From positions 9,630-73,629 of the forward strand of contig CAZINZ010000002.1 of NCBI GenBank assembly GCA_964540715.1: a stretch of DNA of 64,000 bases. Reading direction: 5' to 3'. A program made the translations under genes and the position numbers. The DNA comes from an uncultured Syntrophaceae bacterium. GTDB lineage: Bacteria > Desulfobacterota > Syntrophia > Syntrophales > UBA2210. The notes beneath the pieces are model-generated. The model saw only the letters and a list, made by a program, of their open reading frames with translations. It did not search any database and was not told where the DNA came from. Of the stretch, positions 27,834-37,798 are shown piece by piece; position 1 is the stretch's first letter, and each line of letters starts with the position of its first letter.

Positions 27834-29810
27834 TCAGACGCCTCTGCCAAACAGGACATAACAGCGCTGATTTTCCACTATCCTGACACCAGGGGCCGGA
27901 TTCTGTCTTAAAGCCCAGCCACTCCCCGCAATCTTTACATCTATCCCCCGGCCCTGGGAAATCCTCAGCACCTCCCTTATGGACATACCCTCAAAATCAG
28001 GAATAACCGACTTATCCACTTGTGTGCTTCGACTGATTATCTCCGTCACAGTGGATGCCTGGATTATTTTTACTCCTTCGTTACCTTCACCTGCGGCAAC
28101 ATCCCCCAGTTTCATACTATTATTGGAGCACCTCAATATCTGTTCCGAAATCTTCCTGAAAACCGGCGCGGCGGCTGTCCCTCCCCATCTGTCTTTCTCC
28201 GGTTCATTCAGTACAACAAAAATTACCAGATGTGGATCATCGGCAGGGAAAAACCCGATGAAAGAGGCCTCCACCTTGTCATCCGAGTAACGTCCCCGAT
28301 CGAAATCAAACTTCTGAGATGTACCGGTCTTACCCGCCACAGAAAGGTTGGCTATGCGTGCATTCCTACCGGTTCCTTCCTCGCCCTCCACTACGTCGGT
28401 CATTATTGAAGCAATTCTATGCGAGGTCTCTGGTGATATAACCCGCCTTACCTCTTCAGGTTTAAACTCCTTCACCACCATGCCTTTTTTGTTCACCATG
28501 CATCGGACAACGTGCGGCTTCATCAGTACGCCATCGTTTGCTATGGCTGACATCGCTGCAACTAATTGTATGGCTGTGACCGAAATGCCCTGGCCAAAGG
28601 CTATCGTCGCGAAATCGATATCATCCCAGTCATTTGAATCTCTCAGTATACCGCTTGATTCACCCGGAAGATCAACTCCCGTCTTTGAACCGAATCCAAA
28701 CATCTTAATATAATGATAAAATTTTTTCCTTCCAAGTCTCTCCGCGACTTTAATCGAACCTATGTTGCTGGAATATTTAATAATTTCTGCCAAGCTAAGT
28801 TCCTGAAATTTTTCGTTCTGCGCATCATGAACAACTCTGTTCCCCACCGTATAAGACCCGTTTTCACAGTCAAATGTATCCGATTCCGCAATAAGGCCTT
28901 CCTCAAGAGCGGCAGCGGCCAGAAAGGGTTTGAAAACCGACCCGGGATCAAAACAATCGGTAACCGCCCTGTTTCTTCTGGCATCCGCGGGATATATGGA
29001 AAAGGTATTGGGATTGAACATGGGTTCATTGGCCATCGCCAGCACCTCCCCTGTCCGGGGATCCATAACGACAACGCTCCCACCTCTCGCGCCGGTACCT
29101 TCAATGGCCTCTCTTAGCTGAGATTCAACAATATATTGAATCTTACTGTCGATGGTCAGGAATAGACTGCAACTACCATCATCCATACCGTCCGCGTTAT
29201 CACTCAAATAGATTTTCTGTCCCTTGGCATCTCTCCCCCACACAACTTCTTTGGGAACGCCCTTCAGGTACTCATCGTATTTTACTTCCAGACCCTCCAG
29301 ACCGGTGGAATCCAGACCGGCAAATCCGAGAACATGGCCTGCCATTTCCCTGTGCGGGTAGAATCTCTTGGGTTCCTGTATCAGGTGAACACCCTCCAGA
29401 TTCAAGGCGCGTATCCGCTCCGCTTTTATCGGAGAAATCTGCCTGGCAACCCAGCGGAAGCTTCCCTGGTTTGAAAGCGCTTTTACAATTTTTTGCCTCT
29501 TAATACCCAATATGGACGAAAGCTTCGACGAAACCTTTCTGTGCTCTTTAACATTCGATGGGTCCACATATACAGAATCCGCCATTACAGTAGCCGCAAG
29601 CTTCTGTCCGTTTCTGTCGAAAATAAATCTTCTTTCCGGATACAACGTCAGGCTCTTTTTGTGCTGCCCGTCAGCAAGCTTCTTCAGAGTCTCCCCTGAA
29701 ACAACCTGAAGTTGAAACGCCCTTGACGCCAGCGCCACATACAGCACGAGGAAAAGAATCAAAATCGACGCCACCCTGAATCTCAACCATTTTCCCGATT
29801 TCGCACTCAT
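27834..29810 (-). CDS. ftsI: peptidoglycan D,D-transpeptidase FtsI (class B PBP) with C-terminal PASTA domain
   Basis: SxxK (GSVFKPF), SxN (YSSNIG), KTG (AGKTGTS). The last ~60 aa (IPDFEGMSIREVLRISQGRGIDVKIAGSGWALRQNPAPG) are PASTA-like. Confidence 0.9.
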   Translation of the reverse strand: MSAKSGKWLRFRVASILILFLVLYVALASRAFQLQVVSGETLKKLADGQHKKSLTLYPERRFIFDRNGQKLAATVMADSVYVDPSNVKEHRKVSSKLSSILGIKRQKIVKALSNQGSFRWVARQISPIKAERIRALNLEGVHLIQEPKRFYPHREMAGHVLGFAGLDSTGLEGLEVKYDEYLKGVPKEVVWGRDAKGQKIYLSDNADGMDDGSCSLFLTIDSKIQYIVESQLREAIEGTGARGGSVVVMDPRTGEVLAMANEPMFNPNTFSIYPADARRNRAVTDCFDPGSVFKPFLAAAALEEGLIAESDTFDCENGSYTVGNRVVHDAQNEKFQELSLAEIIKYSSNIGSIKVAERLGRKKFYHYIKMFGFGSKTGVDLPGESSGILRDSNDWDDIDFATIAFGQGISVTAIQLVAAMSAIANDGVLMKPHVVRCMVNKKGMVVKEFKPEEVRRVISPETSHRIASIMTDVVEGEEGTGRNARIANLSVAGKTGTSQKFDFDRGRYSDDKVEASFIGFFPADDPHLVIFVVLNEPEKDRWGGTAAAPVFRKISEQILRCSNNSMKLGDVAAGEGNEGVKIIQASTVTEIISRSTQVDKSVIPDFEGMSIREVLRISQGRGIDVKIAGSGWALRQNPAPGVRIVENQRCYVLFGRGV

Positions 29811-30097
29811 TTTAAGAAAATCACCTGATCCCTTTCCGGATAACGCATCCCAAGCTTGTTCCTTGCTATGGATTCTATATTGCGTGGAGATTTCAGTGTC
29901 GCGATCTCAACCTTCAATTTTCTGTTTTCCTCTAAAAGGGAGCTCCCGCGGTGCATCTCCTCGGCTATCCGATAATCGATCTTTGTGATACTTACCCGGA
30001 ACCACACGGAGACAAGGGCCGTGGCCATGAATACGAGCGCGATCACAATAAGGCGAAACAGCTTCCGTCCTGTTTTTATTTTATCTGCTGCCGCCAT
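29807..30097 (-). CDS. ftsL: cell division protein FtsL
   Basis: 96 aa with a single TM (LFRLIVIALVFMATALVSVWF) and a coiled-coil-like tail. Conserved position between rsmH and ftsI. Confidence 0.7.
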   Translation of the reverse strand: MAAADKIKTGRKLFRLIVIALVFMATALVSVWFRVSITKIDYRIAEEMHRGSSLLEENRKLKVEIATLKSPRNIESIARNKLGMRYPERDQVIFLK

Positions 30098-30099
30098 TT

Positions 30100-31041
30100 T
30101 CAGATCCTTACAGCCGTCCTCAGTCTGGCGCTTCTCGCCCTCGGATTGAGCCCCGTCTCGGCTTCGCCCGGCATGATGGATTTCCTGGTCAGAACTTTAA
30201 GTTTGCTCTTCCTGTTGCAACAACAGACCGGAAAATCCGGGGGACAGACACACCCCTTTTCCCAGGAACGGAATGCGTTCTTCACCATTCTGTCTTCGAG
30301 TGAATGAAATGATATTACGGAAAACCTGCCCCCTTTCTTCAGCATGTCAATTCCGTTCTCTATTGCATTGTGTAGATTTGTCAGTTCATCATTGACAGCA
30401 ATTCGGAGGGCCTGAAAAGTCTTGGTGGCTGGATGTATTCTCTTTTTCTTCAAGTAGCCGGGCAGAGAGCCTGTAATAATCGCGGCAAGTTCACCCGTTG
30501 TTCTTATGGGAGACAGCTTCCGCCTTTCCGAAATTGCTCTTACAATCCTTCCGGGCATCATCTCTTCACCATAATCTTTTATGATCTTTTTCAGCTCTTC
30601 TTCCGGGAAACCATTCACTATATCTAACGCCGTCAAACCATCTTCCCGGTCCATCCGCATGTCGAGAGGCGCATCCTGAGAAAAACTAAAGCCTCTGTCT
30701 GGTGTATCTAACTGGTGTGACGAAACCCCCAGATCCAGCAAGATCCCATCTACCCTTTCAATCTCCAGGCTGGACAATATCTCACTGATGTCGGAAAAAT
30801 TTCCCTTTACAAGCAGCGTTCGATCCCTGAAAGCCCTGAGCCTGTATTCAACCTCTGACAGGGCATCCCTGTCACGATCAACACCGACAAGAATTCCATC
30901 CGGGGCTGTTCTTTCAAGAATCTCAAACGCGTGTCCACCGCCCCCCAGGGTACCGTCAAAATATATTCCACCCGGTCTGCAGCTTAATGAATCTATGGTT
31001 TCTCTGAGCAGAACCGGTTCATGGAAGAATGGCCTTATCAT
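30100..31041 (-). CDS. rsmH: 16S rRNA (cytosine1402-N4)-methyltransferase
   Basis: [31 protein letters not shown]. Confidence 0.95.
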   Translation of the reverse strand: MIRPFFHEPVLLRETIDSLSCRPGGIYFDGTLGGGGHAFEILERTAPDGILVGVDRDRDALSEVEYRLRAFRDRTLLVKGNFSDISEILSSLEIERVDGILLDLGVSSHQLDTPDRGFSFSQDAPLDMRMDREDGLTALDIVNGFPEEELKKIIKDYGEEMMPGRIVRAISERRKLSPIRTTGELAAIITGSLPGYLKKKRIHPATKTFQALRIAVNDELTNLHNAIENGIDMLKKGGRFSVISFHSLEDRMVKNAFRSWEKGCVCPPDFPVCCCNRKSKLKVLTRKSIMPGEAETGLNPRARSARLRTAVRI

Positions 31042-31484
31042 ATCCCCAGATCAGCCATATAATCGCTGAAGACCTCAACGTTCTGACTGGAACTGTCAAT
31101 CTCTTTCTCAAACATTTCTCTGTTCCAGATTTCTATGCTCCGCCCCATACCGGCAATAACGATGTCTTTTTCGAGCTTTGCATACTCCCGGAGAGTAGGC
31201 GGGATAAGCACTCTTCTCTGAGCGTTGAAAGAACAGTCAACAGCGCCGGACATGAAAAAACGCTGAAATGCACGCACTTCTTTTTTTATTATGGATTGCT
31301 GGAACACCTTCTCTTCTATCGCGATCCACTCATTGTAGGGAAAAACCAGGAGGCAGCCATCCCAGTTTGTTATCACCATCCGCTCGTCGTACTTTTCGGT
31401 AAAGACCTGACACAGCCTCGCGGGAAAGATAACTCTTCCTTTTTCATCGATGGTGTGATGGTATCTCCCCCTGAATACAGACAT
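31038..31484 (-). CDS. mraZ: transcriptional regulator MraZ
   Basis: [21 protein letters not shown]; two SpoVT/AbrB-like halves. The start was moved to ATG 31484. Confidence 0.9.
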   Translation of the reverse strand: MSVFRGRYHHTIDEKGRVIFPARLCQVFTEKYDERMVITNWDGCLLVFPYNEWIAIEEKVFQQSIIKKEVRAFQRFFMSGAVDCSFNAQRRVLIPPTLREYAKLEKDIVIAGMGRSIEIWNREMFEKEIDSSSQNVEVFSDYMADLGI

Positions 31485-31498
31485 TGACAAGATTCCTC

Positions 31499-31523
31499 CC
31501 CACAATTATCCACTTTGCTCCAC
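31499..31523 (-). promoter_or_regulatory. candidate MraZ operator: three GTGG(A/G) boxes with exact 10-nt periodicity
   Basis: Minus strand reads GTGGAgcaaaGTGGAtaattGTGGG (boxes at 31519-31523, 31509-31513 and 31499-31503). It lies between the -10 hexamer and the mraZ ATG. Confidence 0.6.
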
Positions 31524-31531
31524 TTGGTTGA

Positions 31532-31560
31532 ACTATAGAGACGCTTTTCGGCTTTGTCAA
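31532..31560 (-). promoter_or_regulatory. sigma70-type promoter of the dcw cluster (Pmra)
   Basis: On the minus strand: TTGACA (31560-31555), a 17-nt spacer, then TATAGT (31537-31532). Confidence 0.65.
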
Positions 31561-31572
31561 GAAAAAAGATTA

Positions 31573-32580
31573 CTATTTTTTTCTTTTAATCTGATATTTT
31601 AGGACTGCTTTGTTATGGTTTATAAGGTTGGATGAAAACTGGTGGGAACCATTGTTCTTCGATACAAAATACAGGTAATTTACAGGCGCCGGATACAGGA
31701 CGGCCATAATCGCCTCTATGCCGGGATTACAGATAGGTCCGGCGGGCAGGCCTTTTATCATGTAAGTATTGTAAGGGGTCCTTTTCCTGAGGTCACTCCT
31801 CCTGAGATTACCATCAAAGTCCTTGATACCATAGATAACTGTCGGATCACTTTGAAGTCTCATGCCCTTCTTTAATCTGTTATGGAAAACCGCCGATACC
31901 AGGGGCTTTTCTTCACTCGGGCCTCCCTCTTTTTCAATAATGGAGGCAAGGATCACAACCTCATCCGACGTAAGTCGGATATCGTCCACCCTCTCCATCA
32001 TGGCAGGTGTCAAACCCTTCGTAAACTGCTTCACCATAAATCTTATAATCCCCTCCTCCCCCATTGATTTATCCAGTTTATAGGTATCTGGAAAGAGATA
32101 GCCTTCGGCATTCTTTCCCTCTATACCAAGGGTTGACAACAGGCCTCTGTCAGATGCGAGTCCGATAAACCTTTCTCTGTCCACAAGGCCCTCATTTTCA
32201 AGACGGGAGGCTATCTGACGTAACGTAAAACCCTCCGGTATAAAAACAAAATACTCCTTGACCTTTCCCTGTACCAGCCTGTCTAACACCGCTGCAGGAG
32301 TCATGGCGCTGCTCAATTCATACTCGCCAGGCTTGATATGCTCCGAAGCGTCCTTTAATAACGCCTGGAGGTAAAACGCTTTTTTATGTCTGATCAGTCC
32401 AGCTTCTTCGAGTATGTTCACAGTCTCTGAGAAGGAGCTGCCCCTTGGTATCTCCACGGTAAACTCCCTGTATTTAAAATCTATCGGGCTGTCCGCATAA
32501 TTACAGAAAATCAGACACGACAAGGCCACAATGGCTACGCATATGACAGCTATTATTTTAATCCATCGTACAATGTTCAT
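31573..32580 (-). CDS. mltG: endolytic murein transglycosylase MltG (YceG-like)
   Basis: N-terminal TM, LASIIEKEG, and YNTYMIKGLPAGPICNPG. The start was moved to ATG 32580. Confidence 0.85.
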   Translation of the reverse strand: MNIVRWIKIIAVICVAIVALSCLIFCNYADSPIDFKYREFTVEIPRGSSFSETVNILEEAGLIRHKKAFYLQALLKDASEHIKPGEYELSSAMTPAAVLDRLVQGKVKEYFVFIPEGFTLRQIASRLENEGLVDRERFIGLASDRGLLSTLGIEGKNAEGYLFPDTYKLDKSMGEEGIIRFMVKQFTKGLTPAMMERVDDIRLTSDEVVILASIIEKEGGPSEEKPLVSAVFHNRLKKGMRLQSDPTVIYGIKDFDGNLRRSDLRKRTPYNTYMIKGLPAGPICNPGIEAIMAVLYPAPVNYLYFVSKNNGSHQFSSNLINHNKAVLKYQIKRKK

Positions 32581-32605
32581 CTTATTCCCACGGTCTCCGG
32601 CAGTT

Positions 32606-33046
32606 TCAAGTGTCGGGCGTGTCCTTTTTTGAATGTTGTGAATGATGATCCAGGTAATCCTGGAGAATAACGGCTGCCGCAAGCTTGTCAACAACCAGCC
32701 TCCTTTTCCTGCGATTCATATCCGCCTCGATAAGCAGGCCTTCCGCTACCTTTGTGGAAAGGGCTTCATTCCACTTCACAACAGGCACGGAAACACCGAC
32801 TTCAAGAATATCGACGAACCGGTTCACCTTTTCACACTGGATTCCCTCAGTACCGTCCAGCCTGACGGGATATCCTATGACTATTTTTTCAATATTATAT
32901 TCCGTGACAAGCCCCGCTATCTGTTCAACATCCCTCTTCCAGTACTTCCTGGCAATGGTGGCAAGCCCCCTGGAGGTCATACCAAGTTCATCACAGATCG
33001 CCACTCCTATTCTCTTTTCTCCGTAATCAAGGCCTAACACTCTCAT
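32606..33046 (-). CDS. ruvX: Holliday junction resolvase-like nuclease RuvX (YqgF)
   Basis: MRVLGLDYGEKRIGVAICD. The start was moved to ATG 33046. Confidence 0.9.
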   Translation of the reverse strand: MRVLGLDYGEKRIGVAICDELGMTSRGLATIARKYWKRDVEQIAGLVTEYNIEKIVIGYPVRLDGTEGIQCEKVNRFVDILEVGVSVPVVKWNEALSTKVAEGLLIEADMNRRKRRLVVDKLAAAVILQDYLDHHSQHSKKDTPDT

Positions 33047-33188
33047 AATAGCCGAGACCCTATAGCATACTCGCAATGATATTACAAAACCCGAAAGACA
33101 ATCCTCTTGTGTAAATCACCAGTTTTTGTTATTGCCCAGAGAACAAAAAGGCAACGCCAACGACAGGTAAAGCTACCGGACAGGAAAT

Positions 33189-35099
33189 ATGAAACACATA
33201 GTTTTAGGCACAGCGGGGCATGTCGACCATGGGAAAACCGCACTCGTAAAAGCACTCACCGGCATAGACACCGACAGACTGAAGGAGGAAAAGGAACGCG
33301 GGATTACTATCGAGCTGGGGTTCGCCCCCCTTGTCCTCCCAAATGGACAGAAGATCGGGATCGTGGATGTCCCCGGTCATGAAAAATTTGTGAAGAATAT
33401 GGTCGCCGGCGCCGGTGGGATAGATATGGTTGTCATGGTAATCGCGGCGGACGAGGGCGTAATGCCGCAGACACGAGAGCATCTGGAAATATGCGGGCTT
33501 CTTGGCATAAGCAGGGGACTTGTGGCTCTCACAAAGGCAGACATGGTGGATGAGGACTGGCTGGCCCTTGTACAGGAAGATATCAAAGATTTCATGAAGG
33601 GAACTTTTTTGGAAAATTCTCCGGTAATTCCACTGTCATCAACTACAGGCGCCGGACTTTCGGACTTCCTTGCAGCGCTGAGTGAAATCATTTCCACCCT
33701 GGATGAGCGAACAGACTCTGGACTCTTAAGACTGCCGGTGGACAGGGTATTTACCATGAAGGGTTTCGGGACTGTGGTGACCGGGACACTGGTATCCGGA
33801 AAGATAGCGGTCGGCGATACTGTGGAAATCATGCCCTACGGAGCAAAAGCAAAGGTAAGGGGCATCCAGGTTCACAATGAGACGTCGGAAGGAGCGGAAG
33901 CCGGACAGAGAACGGCCATCAACCTCCAGGGAGTCGATAGGGCAACGATAGAAAGGGGATATGTCCTCACCCACGCCTCCACATTTGAGGCGTCAGATCG
34001 CCTGGATATTCACATAAAATATCTTCCCGAAGCCGGAAAAAAACTGAAGAACAGGACGCTTGTAAGATTCCATACGGGGACCAGCGAGACTATTTCGAGG
34101 ATCATACTGCCGGACAGGGAAGAAATCGAGCCTGGAGAAGAAACATACGCGCAGATTATCCCTAAAACTCCTGTGGTGGCCATGTCGGGAGACAGATTCG
34201 TTATTAGAAGCTACTCTCCTGTCACCACAGTGGGAGGCGGAGAGATAATAGACTCTCTCGCAAAAAAGCGAAGAAAACACTCAATGCCGGGCGAAGCAGA
34301 AAAGCTCCTCAGAGGAACAGGGGAGGACCGAACAGACGTAATACTGGAAAGGGCCGGCCTTTCCGGCATCTCAAGCCGGAGACTTTCGATAAGGACCGGC
34401 CTTTCACCCGGTGAACAGGAAAAGGTTCTTGAGAAGTTGCTGTCTGAAAAAAAGGCCCTCCTGATCGACCGGGATGAGCGCAGGGTTGTCTCTTCCCATG
34501 CATATAGAGATTTTCAGGACAGGATAATGCTTGAGATAGAGACATACCATAAAAGACATCCCATGAAAGAGGGACTTTCGAGAGAGGAGCTGAGAACCAC
34601 TCTCGGAGATTTTTTAGATCCCAAGTTATTTAACAAAGCCCTTAAAGACCTCGAGGATGACAAAAAGGTAGTCGCAGACAAGGAAAATGTCCGGATCGAA
34701 GGACACAGAGTCAACCTGAAAGATGAAGAGGTACTGCTCAGGGAAAAGATTACACGCATTTACCGGGATTCCGGCCTGACACCTCCCTCAACGAAAGAAA
34801 TTATGGAAACATTCTCCAAGGAAAAGGACGCCGCAACCAACATACTGGCCGTCATGACCAATTCCAATGTTCTTGTCAAGGTCAATGAAGATCTGTACTT
34901 TTACAGCGAGTCCATCGACAGACTGAAACAGGATTACAGGGAACTCCTGATCAGAGACGGTAAGTCATCACCAGCCAGTTTCAAGGATATGACTGGCCTG
35001 TCACGCAAGTTTATAATTCCACTCATGGAATATTTTGATAAAACGAAACTAACCATCCGGGTAGAAAATCACCGAATGCTGAGAGAGAGAACAATTTGA
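33189..35099 (+). CDS. selB: selenocysteine-specific translation elongation factor
   Basis: G1 GHVDHGKT, G3 DVPGHEKF, G4 TKAD. The long winged-helix C-terminal extension (636 aa) is typical of bacterial SelB. Confidence 0.9.
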   Translation: MKHIVLGTAGHVDHGKTALVKALTGIDTDRLKEEKERGITIELGFAPLVLPNGQKIGIVDVPGHEKFVKNMVAGAGGIDMVVMVIAADEGVMPQTREHLEICGLLGISRGLVALTKADMVDEDWLALVQEDIKDFMKGTFLENSPVIPLSSTTGAGLSDFLAALSEIISTLDERTDSGLLRLPVDRVFTMKGFGTVVTGTLVSGKIAVGDTVEIMPYGAKAKVRGIQVHNETSEGAEAGQRTAINLQGVDRATIERGYVLTHASTFEASDRLDIHIKYLPEAGKKLKNRTLVRFHTGTSETISRIILPDREEIEPGEETYAQIIPKTPVVAMSGDRFVIRSYSPVTTVGGGEIIDSLAKKRRKHSMPGEAEKLLRGTGEDRTDVILERAGLSGISSRRLSIRTGLSPGEQEKVLEKLLSEKKALLIDRDERRVVSSHAYRDFQDRIMLEIETYHKRHPMKEGLSREELRTTLGDFLDPKLFNKALKDLEDDKKVVADKENVRIEGHRVNLKDEEVLLREKITRIYRDSGLTPPSTKEIMETFSKEKDAATNILAVMTNSNVLVKVNEDLYFYSESIDRLKQDYRELLIRDGKSSPASFKDMTGLSRKFIIPLMEYFDKTKLTIRVENHRMLRERTI

Positions 35100-35863
35100 A
35101 GGCGCCCACGGAAAAAATCGATGTAAGTTTTTACAATGGGGAAAAGGTCTCCCATATCCTTGAACCAGTTGTCAGGGAGGAACCTGTAGAAATATTCCTG
35201 AACAACCGAAAGGTCGCGACCATTGCCTGCACCGGAATTCATCTTGAGGAACTGGCGGCGGGTTTTCTACGGTCGATCGATGCTATCGGAGCTCCGGGTG
35301 ATATAGAAAAAATATCAACATCCGTCGAAAAATCGCGAGTTGACGTACTGACAAAAGATGAATCCCCCTTGGAACTTGATTCTTCGGAACTATTTATCCT
35401 GTCCAGCGGCGCAAAGACAAAGGAATCGGGAAAGGCCCGGAATAACATCACCTCTGATGTTTCCATACCTGCAAAGAAGGCTGTGGAATTCATGGAGGAA
35501 CTGCTGTCCTCATCCCGACTCCACAAAATGACGCACGGCACGCACTGTTCGGGCCTCGCTGACACGGAGAAGATCATTGTTTTAAGGGATGATATCGGAA
35601 GGCATAACACCATTGACATGCTGGGGGGATATACCCTGCTGAACGGCATTGATTGTTCCGACAAAATTATAGTCAAGACAGGAAGGGTTTCCTCGGAAAT
35701 CGCGGAAAAGGTGTGGACACTGGGCATCCCCATCATAATCTCCCATTCGGTTCCGACCTCCGAGGCGGTCGGCATCTTAAGAAACGCGGGCATCACCCTC
35801 GTAGGCCACGTACGAGGAGGGGCTTTTAAGATATATTCCAATGAAAGGCGGGTAAGGTTTTGA
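35096..35863 (+). CDS. fdhD: formate dehydrogenase accessory protein FdhD family (atypical: no CxxC loop)
   Basis: DDIGRHNTIDMLGG, VKTGRVSSEI, IIISHSVPTSEAV. The TTG start overlaps the selB stop. Confidence 0.75.
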   Translation: MKAPTEKIDVSFYNGEKVSHILEPVVREEPVEIFLNNRKVATIACTGIHLEELAAGFLRSIDAIGAPGDIEKISTSVEKSRVDVLTKDESPLELDSSELFILSSGAKTKESGKARNNITSDVSIPAKKAVEFMEELLSSSRLHKMTHGTHCSGLADTEKIIVLRDDIGRHNTIDMLGGYTLLNGIDCSDKIIVKTGRVSSEIAEKVWTLGIPIIISHSVPTSEAVGILRNAGITLVGHVRGGAFKIYSNERRVRF

Positions 35864-36843
35864 ACACAAAAAACATCTATGTAAAAGATATACGTGCGGG
35901 GGACAGGGTCAGCGATGTATTCCTCGTTATGGAAAAGAATCTGGCGATGTCCCAGAAGGGAAACCCCTATCTGAGCCTTAAACTAAGGGATATAACAGGC
36001 GAAGTGGATGGAAGGGTGTGGGACAGGGCGACTGAGATGAACAACATATTCCAGACCGGTGACATAATCCATATACAGTCCAACGCCGTGAACTTCAGGG
36101 ATGTGATACAACTCTCCATTACAAAGATCAACATCGTAGATGACCCGGCAATCACCCCGACTGATTACCTGCCGTCATCAGCATTGGACGGTTCCGAAAT
36201 GTTTGAATCTCTCATGGGCATCATAGACACAATAGCTGACCCGCACCTGAAGGCCCTGCTCGAGATAATATTCCGCGATGAAAAGATTGCCGATTCTTTT
36301 CAAAAGGCGCCAGCAGCGAAAGGTTTTCATCACGCGTACATAGGCGGACTTCTTGAACATACGCTGTCTGTAACACAACTTCTCGATCTGACAGCAAATC
36401 ATTATCAACAGGCGAACAGGGACCTTATGATAACGGGCGGGATACTGCATGACATAGGAAAGATTTACGAACTCTCGTTCAAGGGATCTATGAACTATAC
36501 CGATGAAGGACGACTTATAGGACATATCGTCATGGCGGTGGAACTTGTGGACGCGAAGATTGCCGAAATCGCAAAATTTCCAAAACAGCTTGCGCTTGAG
36601 CTCAGGCACATAATCCTCAGTCACCACGGAACCCTAGAGTTTGGATCTCCGAAACGCCCCAAGACATTAGAGGCCCTCATCGTAAACTTCATTGATGATC
36701 TCGACGCGAAAATGAATGCGTTTGGGGAATTTATTAACAACTCCAGAGATAAATCAAGCTGGACGCCCTATCACAGACTGCTCGAAAGATTCATATACAG
36801 GGGTCAGGGGCCAGGGAGCGGAAACCCGGAAGATGGAGAGTGA
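35860..36843 (+). CDS. OB-fold + HD-domain 3'-5' exoribonuclease, YhaM family
   Basis: N-terminal OB-like region, then the HD domain HHAYIGGLLEHTL and GGILHDIGK. The TTG start overlaps the fdhD stop. The C-terminal tail RGQGPGSGNPEDGE is repeat-encoded. Confidence 0.75.
   Translation: MNTKNIYVKDIRAGDRVSDVFLVMEKNLAMSQKGNPYLSLKLRDITGEVDGRVWDRATEMNNIFQTGDIIHIQSNAVNFRDVIQLSITKINIVDDPAITPTDYLPSSALDGSEMFESLMGIIDTIADPHLKALLEIIFRDEKIADSFQKAPAAKGFHHAYIGGLLEHTLSVTQLLDLTANHYQQANRDLMITGGILHDIGKIYELSFKGSMNYTDEGRLIGHIVMAVELVDAKIAEIAKFPKQLALELRHIILSHHGTLEFGSPKRPKTLEALIVNFIDDLDAKMNAFGEFINNSRDKSSWTPYHRLLERFIYRGQGPGSGNPEDGE
36800..36821. repeat. three degenerate heptamers GGGGTCA-GGGGCCA-GGGAGCG
   Basis: Read directly from the sequence. 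Same family and same coding-strand orientation as the murC and murG arrays. Confidence 0.6.
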
Positions 36844-36850
36844 GATCGAA

Positions 36851-37555
36851 CTAATACACCCGCGCTCCGAATATGGCAGTCCCTAAGCGCACTATAGTTG
36901 AGCCTTCCTCAATGGCAACCACATAATCACCGGACATCCCCATTGAAAGCTCGCGCATTTCGACACCTTTTATATCCTCCGCGATAATCTTATCCCTCAG
37001 TTCCCGGAGTGCTACAAAGAAAGGCCTGGCATCGTCGGGGTCATCAAACCATGGTGGCATCGTCATAAGTCCCCGGATCAAAAGATTGTCAAGCAGCGAA
37101 ATTTGCCTTATCAGATCCGGTGCCTCATCCGGAGAAATACCGTTCTTGCTCTCTTCGCCACTCACATTTACCTCGACAAGGATGTCGGTCACACATCCTG
37201 CAACTGCTGATCTCTTGTCAAGCTCCACTGCGAGGGCCATCCGGTCAACGGAATGAACCATATCAAAGAGTCGGACCGCGTATTTCGCCTTATTGGACTG
37301 CAAATGGCCTATCATATGCCATTTCACATCTGCATCCATCTTTTCAATCTTTCTCTTTGCCTCCTGGATATAATTCTCACCCATTAAATCCACCCCGGCA
37401 TCTATGGCCTCCCGTATCCTGTCATCATCAACAGTCTTGGTTACAGCCATAAGCCTAACCTCGGAAGGCTCCCTCCCCGACCTCAGGGCCGCCTCGGCAA
37501 TTTTTTCTCTTATTTCCCTTATACTGTCCTCTATAACTGACATCATTTTCTCCAT
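36851..37555 (-). CDS. yggS: YggS family pyridoxal-phosphate homeostasis protein
   Basis: VRLMAVTKT (PLP Lys), HMIGHLQSNK, and ELSMGMSGDY. The start is chosen among Met codons at 37555, 37546 and 37543. Confidence 0.85.
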   Translation of the reverse strand: MEKMMSVIEDSIREIREKIAEAALRSGREPSEVRLMAVTKTVDDDRIREAIDAGVDLMGENYIQEAKRKIEKMDADVKWHMIGHLQSNKAKYAVRLFDMVHSVDRMALAVELDKRSAVAGCVTDILVEVNVSGEESKNGISPDEAPDLIRQISLLDNLLIRGLMTMPPWFDDPDDARPFFVALRELRDKIIAEDIKGVEMRELSMGMSGDYVVAIEEGSTIVRLGTAIFGARVY

Positions 37556-37775
37556 TCTGTTTACTTCTTCTCGTTTTATGCCGCGTATAGTATTGCACAG
37601 AACATGGTATATGCAAGAATGTTTTTTGAGCCGACCTCTTCGCCCAGAATCCACCGTCTAACAAAAGCTGTTGATATTTGGCTTGGTTGTGTTATGTGGA
37701 GCGGGTATCCGGGGACTATTATTCTTACTATGCAGGCCATAAGCAACAAATGTTATGGTTGAAATAAATTGTCAA

Positions 37776-37798
37776 TAATTTAGTATTGTGTCCCCTAA
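37776..37798 (+). repeat. REP-like repeat copy in the AT-rich islet
   Basis: TAATTTAGTATTGTGTCCCCTAA aligns to 2370-2393 (TAATTAAGTGTTGTGTCCCCAGAA) with about 20 matches. A partial inverted core TCCGGGGAC lies at 37708-37716. Confidence 0.45.

Noticed and set aside
35239-35841. 200-aa minus-strand ORF antisense to fdhD (and similar ORFs antisense to selB at 33377-33832)
   Set aside because: These are antisense shadows inside well-supported genes, with Ser-rich low-complexity products.
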